Source: Bacteroidota bacterium | Lineage (GTDB): Bacteria > Bacteroidota > Bacteroidia > AKYH767-A > OLB10 | DNA: 64,000 bases | Assembly: GCA_031421935.1 (NCBI GenBank) | Contig: JANOPQ010000262.1 | Span: forward strand, 12,649-76,648 | Direction of reading: 5' to 3' | Shown here: positions 39,085-48,700 of the stretch, piece after piece | Layout: each line of letters starts with the position of its first letter | Position numbering within the stretch: position 1 is the first letter of the stretch | Notes under the pieces: model-generated | Databases searched by the model: none | Told to the model about the DNA's origin: nothing | Seen by the model: only the letters and a program-made list of their open reading frames with translations | Made by a program: the position numbers and the translations under genes

Positions 39085-40176
39085 ATGATAACATCTGAAT
39101 CTTTAATGATCTTGTTTTGCATTGGAGTAGCCATGTGTACCACAGCTATTTTAATTCCTTGTTGGATTAAAGTTTGTGCCAAATGGAATTTGTATGAACA
39201 AACGGATGATCGCAAACGTCATCGCAGTAATATTCCAACCATGGGTGGAATTTCCATCTTCGCTGGAATATTTATTAGTTCATTAATTTTTGTTCAAGAT
39301 TCAAATGCATATAATTTTAATATTCTCTATGGTGCAATGTTCCTACTGTTCTTAACTGGATTTTTCGATGATTTAATAGATTTATCCCCTTTAAAAAAAG
39401 TGGCATTTCAATTTATAGTTTCCATCCTAGTAATTGCAGCTGGATTTAGAATTGAAAGCGCGTTCGGACTATTTTCGGTAGGTGAATTACCTATGATCAT
39501 TTCTTATGGTGTAACAATTTTTTTCATTATTGCCATTACCAATGCATTAAATCTAATTGATGGATTAGATGGTTTAGCTGGTAGTATTACATTGATAACA
39601 AGTTTGATTTTTGGAATTTTATTTTATCAAGTAGGTGATGTAGGTATGACATTTTTAGCGATGTCAATTTGTGGTGCGGTCTTTGGATTTCTATTTTATA
39701 ATTTCCATCCTGCAAAAATATTTATGGGAGATACTGGGTCCTTGGTATTGGGATTTCTTTTATCCATACAAGCCATTGCGCTCATGCAACATTATTCGCA
39801 TGATGTGAATAGCATTCCTGAATTATCACCCACTGTGATTATTGCTGCCTTGTTTGTACCTGCTTATGATGTCTTGCGTGTATCGGTAATAAGAATGCTT
39901 ACAGGCTATTCTCCTTTTCATCCCGATCGAAATCATGTACACCATATGATTCTTGGACAAGGTTTTGGGAAGCGCATGACTACCTTAATGATTACGGGAT
40001 TCAATTTGTTGTATGTTGCTATTGCGGTGTTATTCCCTCAAATGGATATCAATTTATTTTTAATTTTGGCAGTTTGCCTTGGAATGCTAACTATGAATAC
40101 ATTGAGTATGTCTTTCTTAGCCAATATTTATGGCCGATTAGGAGGAAGATTGTATCAGCAACCAGCAAAAGCTTAA
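39085..40176 (+). CDS. WecA/MraY-family polyprenyl-phosphate N-acetylhexosamine-1-phosphate transferase (initiating transferase)
   Basis: 363-aa polytopic protein with signatures GFFDDLIDLSP, NALNLIDGLDGLAGS and IFMGDTGSLVLGF. Confidence 0.88.
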   Translation: MITSESLMILFCIGVAMCTTAILIPCWIKVCAKWNLYEQTDDRKRHRSNIPTMGGISIFAGIFISSLIFVQDSNAYNFNILYGAMFLLFLTGFFDDLIDLSPLKKVAFQFIVSILVIAAGFRIESAFGLFSVGELPMIISYGVTIFFIIAITNALNLIDGLDGLAGSITLITSLIFGILFYQVGDVGMTFLAMSICGAVFGFLFYNFHPAKIFMGDTGSLVLGFLLSIQAIALMQHYSHDVNSIPELSPTVIIAALFVPAYDVLRVSVIRMLTGYSPFHPDRNHVHHMILGQGFGKRMTTLMITGFNLLYVAIAVLFPQMDINLFLILAVCLGMLTMNTLSMSFLANIYGRLGGRLYQQPAKA

Positions 40177-40240
40177 ATATTTCCTAAAACGATTACTTTT
40201 GCTTTTCGAATTTGGATACTATTCCAAATGGAAAAAATTG

Positions 40241-41611
40241 ATGCTAAAAAAATATCTTATTATCATTCTACTATTGGTAGTGGCGCAAAGCCATGCTCAA
40301 CAGAGCGATTCTATCATGATTCGTAAAATTTATGACGAAGCATTAACGAAAAGTAAATGTTATGATTGGCTTGACTTTTTAAGTAATCGAATTGGCGGAC
40401 GATTAAGTGGTTCGATGCAAGCTGCACAAGCCGTGAATTATGTACAGATGGAATTAACTAAACTAAATGTTGATGCGGTTACATTGCAAGAAGTGATGGT
40501 TCCTCATTGGGTACGAGGTCCTAAAGAACAAGCATGGATCAGTAGTAATACGCAGAAAACAATGGTTTCAATTTGTGCATTAGGTAGCAGCATTGCAACT
40601 CCCAAAGAAGGATTGATTGCAGAAGTTGTAGAAGTTTCCAATTGGGAGGAGATGGAAAAATTGGGGATTGAAGGGGTTAAAGGAAAAATTGTTTTTATGA
40701 ATCATCCAATGAAACCAACTTACATCAATGCGTTTGAAGCGTACGGTGAAGCTTCTAAATATCGTTATAGTACTACTTCTAAAGCCGCAGCGTTAGGTGC
40801 TAAAGGAGTAGTAGTTCGTTCCATGACTATGGCTATGGATAATAATCCACATGCGGGTGCAATGGGATATGATGAATTAATTGAAAAAATTCCTGCTTGT
40901 GCAATAAGTACATTAGGCGCTGAACGTTTAAGTGCCATCCTTAAGAAGGATAAGAAAGCTCAGTTTGGTTTTGTGATGTCTCCACAAACTTTACCAGACA
41001 CTTTATCTCATAATGTGATTGGTGAAATTGTGGGAACGGAATTTCCAAAGGAAGTAATTTTGATTGGTGGACATTTAGATGCATGGGACTTGGGTGATGG
41101 CGCACATGACGATGGAGCAGGCGTTGTACAAGCCATGGAAGTTTTACATATTTTGAAGTCTTTAAATGTGAAACCAAAACGCACCATTCGTTTTGTCGCT
41201 TTTATGAATGAAGAGAACGGCGGAAAAGGAGGCGAGAAATATGCTCAATCAGCGAAGAGTGATAAACGGAAAACAATTGCAGCCATTGAAAGCGATGCAG
41301 GTGGATTTTCTCCGCGCGGATTTTCTTTTAAAGGAGATTCCTTGATGATCTTAAAAGCGATGTCGTGGAAAAAAATGTTTGAACCTTATTTATTATTCGA
41401 TTGGAGAAAAGGATATGGTGGTGCGGATATTAATCACCTTAAGGATCAAGGAACATTGCTCATCGGCTTTATGCCCGACTCACAACGTTATTTTGATTTG
41501 CATCATGCTGCAACCGATACGTTCGATAAAGTGAATAAGCGCGAACTTGAGTTAGGTGCAGCAGCGATGGCTTCTTTAGCTTGGTTGCTTTCCGAGTATG
41601 GGGTGAAATAA
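40241..41611 (+). CDS. M28-family aminopeptidase with PA domain
   Basis: Starting at the ATG at 40241 gives the signal peptide MLKKYLIIILLLVVAQSHAQ. The metal-ligand region GGHLDAWDLGDGAHDDGAGV and FMNEENGGKG are typical of M28. Confidence 0.85.
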   Translation: MLKKYLIIILLLVVAQSHAQQSDSIMIRKIYDEALTKSKCYDWLDFLSNRIGGRLSGSMQAAQAVNYVQMELTKLNVDAVTLQEVMVPHWVRGPKEQAWISSNTQKTMVSICALGSSIATPKEGLIAEVVEVSNWEEMEKLGIEGVKGKIVFMNHPMKPTYINAFEAYGEASKYRYSTTSKAAALGAKGVVVRSMTMAMDNNPHAGAMGYDELIEKIPACAISTLGAERLSAILKKDKKAQFGFVMSPQTLPDTLSHNVIGEIVGTEFPKEVILIGGHLDAWDLGDGAHDDGAGVVQAMEVLHILKSLNVKPKRTIRFVAFMNEENGGKGGEKYAQSAKSDKRKTIAAIESDAGGFSPRGFSFKGDSLMILKAMSWKKMFEPYLLFDWRKGYGGADINHLKDQGTLLIGFMPDSQRYFDLHHAATDTFDKVNKRELELGAAAMASLAWLLSEYGVK

Positions 41612-41687
41612 GAATTTATACGTATTATAAATGAATATAAATTCAACAGCTTTTGAATGTTTAAAATCCAAAAGTGGTTCGTAAGAT

Positions 41688-42506
41688 TTAAACACGAGTA
41701 TCCACCTCAAACGTATCCGCATCCAATAAAACCGGGAATTTTTTGCGGATATCCTGCAGGGATTTCCAGTTGAGTTCGATGGTTTGAAGTCCAGCTTTAT
41801 TAGATTTCAAATTGCTGATGGGTTCGCCCAATGGATTATATAATCCGGAGTCGCCACAGTATTTTATTTTGTTTCCATCTTCCCCAACACGATTCACACC
41901 TGCTACGTAGCATTGGTTTTCGATGGCTCTTGCAATCAATAATTGTTGCCAAGCATAAGTACGCACTGCAGGCCAGTTAGCAACGTAAAGTAAAACATCA
42001 TAATCGTATTTTGCTTTTGCACCTTTTCCTATAATTCTATTTTTGCTCCATACAGGGAAACGTAAATCGTAGCAAACCATCGGACAAAATCCCCAACCTT
42101 TGTATTCAATTACGATGCCTTCCGTACTTCCGGTATACGTTTTTTCTTCCTTCCCCATTCGGAAAAGATGTCTTTTGTCGTAGTGGTCATAATGTCCATC
42201 GGGTTCCATCCAAATAAAACGGTTGTAAAATTTTCCCTCTTCTTTGATCATGATGGATCCACAAATCGCTGCTTTTAATCCTTGAGCTGTTTCAAACATC
42301 CATTGCATCGCCGGACCTTCCATCTCTTCCGCTAATTTTTTTGCATTCATGCTAAATCCTGTACTGAACATTTCGGGAAGAACAAGTAGATCACTCTCTC
42401 CCTTTTCCATTTTGGAAAGCTGCTTGTTTAATAATTTGAAATTATCAATGGGTGATTCCCATTTTATATTCGGTTGTACTAGCGTTAAACTGAGGTTTTT
42501 TGGCAT
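41688..42506 (-). CDS. Carbon-nitrogen hydrolase, omega-amidase (YafV-like)
   Basis: 272 aa with nitrilase-superfamily motifs LLVLPEMFSTGF (Glu), HYDKRHLF (Lys) and PMVCYDLRFP (Cys). Confidence 0.85.
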   Translation of the reverse strand: MPKNLSLTLVQPNIKWESPIDNFKLLNKQLSKMEKGESDLLVLPEMFSTGFSMNAKKLAEEMEGPAMQWMFETAQGLKAAICGSIMIKEEGKFYNRFIWMEPDGHYDHYDKRHLFRMGKEEKTYTGSTEGIVIEYKGWGFCPMVCYDLRFPVWSKNRIIGKGAKAKYDYDVLLYVANWPAVRTYAWQQLLIARAIENQCYVAGVNRVGEDGNKIKYCGDSGLYNPLGEPISNLKSNKAGLQTIELNWKSLQDIRKKFPVLLDADTFEVDTRV

Positions 42507-42719
42507 GGGATGTATAGATGTATATAAATGACTTTACGAATGTACGAAATGTATAGAAACACTCTGAAATCTTTTAAATAATAGAATTATCTTTTATTGG
42601 TCACTTGTCCAATAGTTTTGCAAGTAGCACCTGTCCCGCAGAACTGCGGGATCCAATAATAAAGCTTCACGATTTGCATATATTAACTAACAACCACTAA
42701 CATTTAATCGTGAAACCTC

Positions 42720-42774
42720 GCGCCTGCCTGCTTTGCTCCGCTGAAGCTACAGCAAAAGCGATGCTGCAAGCAGG
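42720..42774. repeat. GC-rich palindromic element, long form (arms GCGCCTGCCTGC ... GCAAGCAGG around an inner TTTGCT/AGCAAA stem)
   Basis: The arm core is shared with the copies at 56164-56187 and 62903-62926. Local GC is far above the surrounding AT-rich spacer. Confidence 0.6.
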
Positions 42775-42863
42775 ACCAAAATCTAATCCCGATAGCTATC
42801 GGACTAACATCTAAAATCTAATAACTAACAACCAACATCATCTAAAAATTCGCAAAAGAATTT

Positions 42864-44021
42864 TTAGATACTCAACAATCGTTCTGCTGCTTTCTCCAGC
42901 TGGTCATTTTCTTTCGCGAAACAAAAACGCAATAAATGATAATCATGAGGCACCGAATAAAATACAGATACGGGAATAGACGCCACTCCAATTTCCTTTG
43001 TTAATCGAATAGCATACTCTGTATCCTTTTCTTTGCTGATGGATGAATAGTCGAGCAATTGAAAGTACGACCCTAAACAAGGTAATATTTTAAATTTGCT
43101 ACCTTTCATTAATTTCTGAAAGTAATCTCTTTTCTCTTGGTAAAATTCGCCGAGTCCCATATAATTTTCTTTGTTCAACATGTAGGCAGTAAGTGCATGT
43201 TGTAAAGCCGTGTTAACCGAGAATACAGTGAACTGATGTACTTTTCTAAATTCTTTCATGAGATGGGCTGGTCCTAAACAATAACCCACCTTCCATCCGG
43301 TAGCATGAAAAGTTTTTCCAAAAGAAAAAACAATCATACTCCGCGATGCTAATTTCGGATAGCGCGATACACTTTGATGTTCGTATCCATCAAAGATGAT
43401 ATGCTCATATACTTCATCACTTAAAATAATGATATCCGTACCGTCTGTAATTTTTTCAAGTTGTAGCATATCCTTCGCCGTTAGTATGGTCCCGGTAGGA
43501 TTTTGCGGTGTGTTGATGATGATCATCCTCGTTTTTTGAGTGATGAGTTTTTTAATTTCTTCCCAAGGAATAAAATAGTTCGGTGGCTGAAGTGGAATGT
43601 GTACTGGAATTCCTCCAGCAAGGAGTATTGCTGGAACATAGCTGTCGTAAGAAGGTTCCAATACAATAACTTCATCGCCTTCATGAATGAATGCACTAAT
43701 AGCAGTATAAAGCGCTTGTGTTCCACCCGCCGTAATGGTGATTTCGGCCTCGGGGTCGTATACGCAAGAATATAAATCTTCCATTTTTTCAGCAATGCAT
43801 TCACGCAAAGTGAAAATGCCTGGCATGGGTGCATATTGATTGTGCCCAGCTTTTAGTGCATCATGATATAATGAAATGAGTTTTTCGGAAACTGGAAATC
43901 CTGGAAAACCTTGGCTTAAATTAATAGCACCAACCTCGTTGGCAAGCCCCGACATAATACTAAATATGGTAGTCCCCGCTTTGGGAAGTTTGCTGCGTAT
44001 GTTTCCTTTGAATTCTGGCAT
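42864..44021 (-). CDS. PLP-dependent class I/II aminotransferase (YbdL / glutamine-transaminase-like)
   Basis: 385 aa with INLSQGFPGFP near the N-terminus and the PLP-lysine motif SFGKTFHATGWKVGY. Confidence 0.88.
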   Translation of the reverse strand: MPEFKGNIRSKLPKAGTTIFSIMSGLANEVGAINLSQGFPGFPVSEKLISLYHDALKAGHNQYAPMPGIFTLRECIAEKMEDLYSCVYDPEAEITITAGGTQALYTAISAFIHEGDEVIVLEPSYDSYVPAILLAGGIPVHIPLQPPNYFIPWEEIKKLITQKTRMIIINTPQNPTGTILTAKDMLQLEKITDGTDIIILSDEVYEHIIFDGYEHQSVSRYPKLASRSMIVFSFGKTFHATGWKVGYCLGPAHLMKEFRKVHQFTVFSVNTALQHALTAYMLNKENYMGLGEFYQEKRDYFQKLMKGSKFKILPCLGSYFQLLDYSSISKEKDTEYAIRLTKEIGVASIPVSVFYSVPHDYHLLRFCFAKENDQLEKAAERLLSI

Positions 44022-44060
44022 ATACTCACGAATTTACATATTATTTGAATTCCTAAGTCT

Positions 44061-44068
44061 TATCTTTG
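44061..44068 (+). promoter_or_regulatory. Candidate -7 box TATCTTTG upstream of the fructosamine kinase gene
   Basis: Perfect TAnnTTTG match 29 nt upstream of the ATG at 44098. Confidence 0.35.
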
Positions 44069-44097
44069 GATGAAATTGATCTTCACACGATAAAGTT

Positions 44098-44976
44098 ATG
44101 ATGAACCCGTCTGATGCATTCCGTTTGGCTTGGGAATCGCTCTTTTTCGAATGCCCAAATGTTTACTCCGTTTTGCCATTATCCGGAGGTAGTATCAATC
44201 AAGTTTTTAAAGTGGAAAGCAGTGATGGGCTATTTGTGATGAAGTTGAATTCATCTGCATCATATCCTAAAATGTTTTCTGTAGAGACAAATGGATTAGC
44301 GATGTTGAAAGAAACAAAAACAATCTCTTGCGCTGAAGTTATTGGAGTTTGTGAATTGGAATCGCATCAAGTTTTAATTCTTGAGTACATCCCACCAGCA
44401 GAAAAGAAAAATAAATTCTTTGAAAATTTTGGCGTTCGTTTAGCACATCTTCATCAACATTCTGCTCCGTATTTTGGGCTGGATCATGATAATTATATTG
44501 GTCGACTTCCTCAGAAAAATAATAAAGAAAATTCTGTAACCGATTTTTTTATCAATCAACGTTTGCTTCCTCAACTGGATTTAGCAATGGCTCATCAAAC
44601 GATCACCACGGAATTGAGAAATAAATTCGACGCTCTTTTTTTGAAGATGGATTCCCTGTTGCCGAATGAACCTCCGTCATTAATTCATGGCGATTTATGG
44701 AATGGAAATTTTGTGGTTGGAGAGGAGGGCAATGTTGTTTTAATAGATCCTGCCATTTCTTATTTTTCTCGTGAAGCAGATCTGGCTATGTCAAAACTTT
44801 TTGGTGGATTTGATGAAATATTTTATTCTACTTACCATCACACATTTCCTCTGCAACCCCAATGGGAAAAAAGAATTCCACTGTGGAATTTATATCCAAT
44901 GTTGGTTCATATTAATCTATTCGGTGGAACATATCTGAATGACGTGAAAGCAAGCCTAAAGCATTTTGTGGTCTAA
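44098..44976 (+). CDS. Fructosamine/ketosamine-3-kinase family protein
   Basis: 292 aa with LSGGSINQVFKV near the N-terminus and the catalytic LIHGDLWNGN. Confidence 0.88.
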   Translation: MMNPSDAFRLAWESLFFECPNVYSVLPLSGGSINQVFKVESSDGLFVMKLNSSASYPKMFSVETNGLAMLKETKTISCAEVIGVCELESHQVLILEYIPPAEKKNKFFENFGVRLAHLHQHSAPYFGLDHDNYIGRLPQKNNKENSVTDFFINQRLLPQLDLAMAHQTITTELRNKFDALFLKMDSLLPNEPPSLIHGDLWNGNFVVGEEGNVVLIDPAISYFSREADLAMSKLFGGFDEIFYSTYHHTFPLQPQWEKRIPLWNLYPMLVHINLFGGTYLNDVKASLKHFVV

Positions 44977-45137
44977 TACCAAATCCAATTATATTTTAGT
45001 CCGATCTGCTAGTCCTTTTTCACCAATACTTCTTAAAAAAATAGTTCCGTAGGCTATGGCTATGCAACGATTTTTTTAAATCGTCTCGGTAAAAAAATAC
45101 GTTGCAGCTTTGAACTAAAATATAAATGGAATTGGTA
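44977..45137. repeat. 161-bp element bounded by 24-nt terminal inverted repeats (MITE-like or large structured terminator)
   Basis: TACCAAATCCAATTATATTTTAGT (44977-45000) against ACTAAAATATAAATGGAATTGGTA (45114-45137) gives 22/24 complementary positions. Internal sub-hairpins are GCAACG/CGTTGC and ACGATT/AATCGT. The element begins at the first nt after the upstream stop codon. Confidence 0.6.
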
Positions 45138-45225
45138 TAATATTAATGGGATAAATTCGATTCCATTGTTTGCAAGTCAACGTAGTCTGGTTGGATTTGG
45201 TTGATAGATAATTGCTCCGCAAGTA

Positions 45226-45250
45226 GCTAAAAGCTAGAAGCTAGCAGCTA
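45226..45250. repeat. 7-nt microsatellite (GCTAAAA GCTAGAA GCTAGCA GCTA)
   Basis: Read directly from the sequence. It is preceded by TGGTTGGA/TTTGGTTGA units at 45188-45204. Confidence 0.7.
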
Positions 45251-45302
45251 ATCAATCCTTTAGGATTATTATAAATAGTTGTATCAACAACAATTGTATT
45301 TG

Positions 45303-45310
45303 TATCTTTG
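45303..45310 (+). promoter_or_regulatory. Candidate -7 box TATCTTTG, 4 nt upstream of the marR-family ATG (leaderless geometry)
   Basis: Perfect TAnnTTTG. It lies inside the longer ORF-track version (45279 TTG start), which argues for the ATG at 45315. Confidence 0.4.
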
Positions 45311-45314
45311 CAAA

Positions 45315-45767
45315 ATGGGAAGAATAGAAGATGAAATTTTGCAGTCAAAATTTGAAGACGAGTATCAAAAAGTAGTAGTGAATGTACTTTTTACCGCTAG
45401 CTGGCTCGATGTAAAGAATATCCAGCGCTTAAAGCCTTTCGGAATTTCACCACAGCAGTTTAATGTCCTTCGAATTTTACGTGGATCTTTTCCAAATGCA
45501 CTTCGTTTAGGTGATATATCTAATAGAATGATTGATAAAAATTCGAACGCTACCCGGTTGGTTGAAAAATTGCGTCAAAAAAATTTGGTGAAACGCGAGG
45601 TTTGTGAACACAGTCGCCGACAAGTTGATATCTGGATTACACAAGAAGGATTATCGATCCTTGAGCGTATTGATGTAAGTATGAAAGTTTGGAAGAATGA
45701 ATTTAAAGATGTTTCAGAAGCGGAATTAAAGCAACTCAATTTGCTTTTGGATAAGTTAAGAGATTGA
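45315..45767 (+). CDS. MarR-family transcriptional regulator
   Basis: About 150 aa with a winged HTH (ISPQQFNVLRILRGSFPNALRLGDISNRMIDKNSNATRLVEKLRQKNLVKR). Confidence 0.85.
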   Translation: MGRIEDEILQSKFEDEYQKVVVNVLFTASWLDVKNIQRLKPFGISPQQFNVLRILRGSFPNALRLGDISNRMIDKNSNATRLVEKLRQKNLVKREVCEHSRRQVDIWITQEGLSILERIDVSMKVWKNEFKDVSEAELKQLNLLLDKLRD

Positions 45768-45790
45768 CGCTATCCCATCAACATAATAAA

Positions 45791-48700
45791 TTATTTTTTA
45801 CCAAGTTGTAATTTAAGGTAAAAGGAAGTCCCTACATTTTGTTTCGTTTCAAACCAAACTTGTCCGCCCATCCCCACAACCATTTCTTTTACCATCGCTA
45901 GGCCCAGTCCCGCGCCACTCGATTTTGTAGTGAAGTTAGGAACAAATATTTTGTTCAATCGGTCTTGGGGTATACCCATGCCGTTATCTTGAACACAAAT
46001 GATCACTGCATCTGTTTCTTGCTGTAATGAAATAATTATTTTCCCTTCTCTGTCGTAGGGAATGGATTGAATCGCGTTTTTAATGAGGTTTCCAAAAATG
46101 CGAATGAGTTGATCTTTATCAGCAAGTACTTCTAATGTTTCTGATGAAGTTTCAAAAACAATTTTAGCATGTTCATCTTCATTGTACAAATCGCAACTAT
46201 GATTGATTACACTTATTAATTCCACAATGGTATATTCGGGCTTTGGCAACTTTGCGAAATGACTAAACTCAGTAGCGATGTTTGATAAAGTATCGATCTG
46301 TTCAATCATGGTAACACTAATCTTTCTTACCAATTCATCTTTGTTTGGGTGGTTGTCATCAATAGCGCGCATCAAATGTTGAACACCTAATTTCATAGGA
46401 GTAAGCGGATTTTTAATTTCATGCGCGACTTGTTTCGCCATTTCTCTCCATGCACTTTCTCTTTCCGATTTAGCAAGTAATTGAGCACTTTTTTGAATTT
46501 GCTCCAACATTCGATTGTATTCATCAATTAATGCACCAATTTCATCTTTCGTTTTCCAGATAATGGGTTCACTTACGGTACCTAATTTTGTTTTGCTTAA
46601 GCTCTCTTGAATAATTCGTAACGGCTGTGTAATCCGATTGGAAATAAAGAATGCAATCAAAATGGAAAGGCTAAATAAGAGCACGTATAAATTAATTAAC
46701 GCCACTAAGAATCCTGAAATGTCTCTTTTTAATTCAGTATCTCGATCAAAATAAGGAATGCTTATGAATCCAATTTGTTTGCTATTTATATTACTCACCT
46801 GCTCATAAGCTGCGGTGTATTTTAAATTGCTTATGTTTTCACTCTGTATAAACAACGCTTTTTGATTGGTTGTTAAACTAATTAAGGCAGTGCGATTCAT
46901 TAGAGGCGCCATAATATTCTGATCGTAAATACTTCGTTGCGACGAATAATACAAACGACCATCATTGCTATAAAAATTAAAATCTGTTTTAAGCGTGTTA
47001 GCCAATCGTGTGAAGAGATATTGCAAATCATCGTTCAACATGTTCCCCATTAATTCTCGATTGCCAATCTCACTTTCAACTAATACTCGAAGGTTATGTA
47101 ATTTTTCACGAATACGATTTGTTTGCGCTTCCTCGTAGTTTTTTACAATGTAGGTTACGGTAGCTGCTCCAATTAATAAAAGTGTTCCAGCAACTATCAT
47201 GGTAATGGTTAACTGAATTCGACTGTTAAAATTGAATTGCAAATCAAATCCTTGTCGAAGAAATCGAATAGCAATACTTAAAACTAAAAAACTAAAACTA
47301 AAGAAAGTAAATAGATAAGAGAATAAAGTCACCCATACCCACAATCCTTGAAGAGGTGAACTGATGATTATTAAATTTTTCCCGTATTTATAAAACAAAT
47401 GTTGTTTTCCCTCAAAGGAAACAAAACGCATTCCATCTAAATTTCTGAAGTATTGCATGTAAGGAGCGTCTGTGAGATAATAATTATATTCACCAGACTG
47501 ACTTACCAATTTCCCACTCTGATATCGAGCATAAGCATATTTGTTGATATCACGCGAGTTCCCTACTTTATTGCTAAGTAATAATTCAGGGAGTCCAATT
47601 TCTTCTTGCGTCGATCGAGCATTTAATTCAACAATTAATGTACCTACAGGAGAGTCATTCCCTCCTGGATGAATGATTCCTATGTATTGTGCTCTTCCAT
47701 TTTCATCGCGGAAATATGCAAAATGAGGGCTAGCAGTAGGCCTGCCTTCCGTTAAGTTGATTCGTTTAATTTTGTCGATGTTCCATGATGGATCACCAGC
47801 ACGATTCAATGGTAAATCTTGTGCATTGAAGAATTTAAAGCTCGCTTCGTATCGTCCTAAGTATCCGTTAAAGTATTGCTTTGTGAGATGACGACTCAAA
47901 TTTTCAAAGATCTCTGGTGAGTTAAATATCACCTGCGGAGGTAAGGTGAGCATTCGAATCAACTCGCGATCATTTCGAATCCTAGTTTCAATTTGTTGTA
48001 GTAAAAATTCTGCAACAATGTCTTGCTCATTCTCCAGTTTAGCAGCTAAGAGTTGTCGTTTTTCTTTTTCTCTTGTTTCGTTAAAAGAATAAATAATCTG
48101 TGCAGTATAAACCGAAAAGACTAGGATAACTAACACGGTTCTCGAAAAGGAAAATAAACGCATCTCCGTACTTCGAATGTATCCAATGAAAATAATTAAG
48201 ATATTGGTCAATAGAAATGCACTAACACCATAATCGGTAAATAAATTGTTATTCCTAAGTAATAATAGAGAGGCTAGAAATAAACCTTGCGATACCAGAA
48301 ATAATATAGCCACCGAGGAAAGGGATAGCTTGGTTTTTCGAATGATTAATACACTTCCATCACATAATAAATAAAAAGTACTTAATAAAATGCCAATCAC
48401 AATCATTCCCACTCCTGTGAAAATAGTTAACTGGAAAATATTATTAATGTCAAATGAAATTTGTGAATTGATAATTAGTCCACTCAACAAGTAATTAATT
48501 AATACTGAAAAAATGAAAGTGAAAAAAAAGATCAAAACGATGAGCATTTTACTTTTAAAATTGGATGCTACTTTCCTGCTTTGAATAAGCCAAGTGTAAG
48601 CGAAGATGAAAATATATGCAAGAGTCACCACCGTTAGCAAGAGATCTCCTAAAGAATTAAAGAGAAAGCCACTTGCATAATACTTGGAACTAAATAATTC

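Noticed and set aside
42842-42867. AT-rich hairpin CTAAAAATTC-GCAAAA-GAATTTTTAG overlapping the aminotransferase stop, considered as a terminator
   Set aside because: The stem is all A/T apart from two G:C pairs, it overlaps the stop codon, and no U-run follows on the transcribed (minus) strand. The evidence is too weak.
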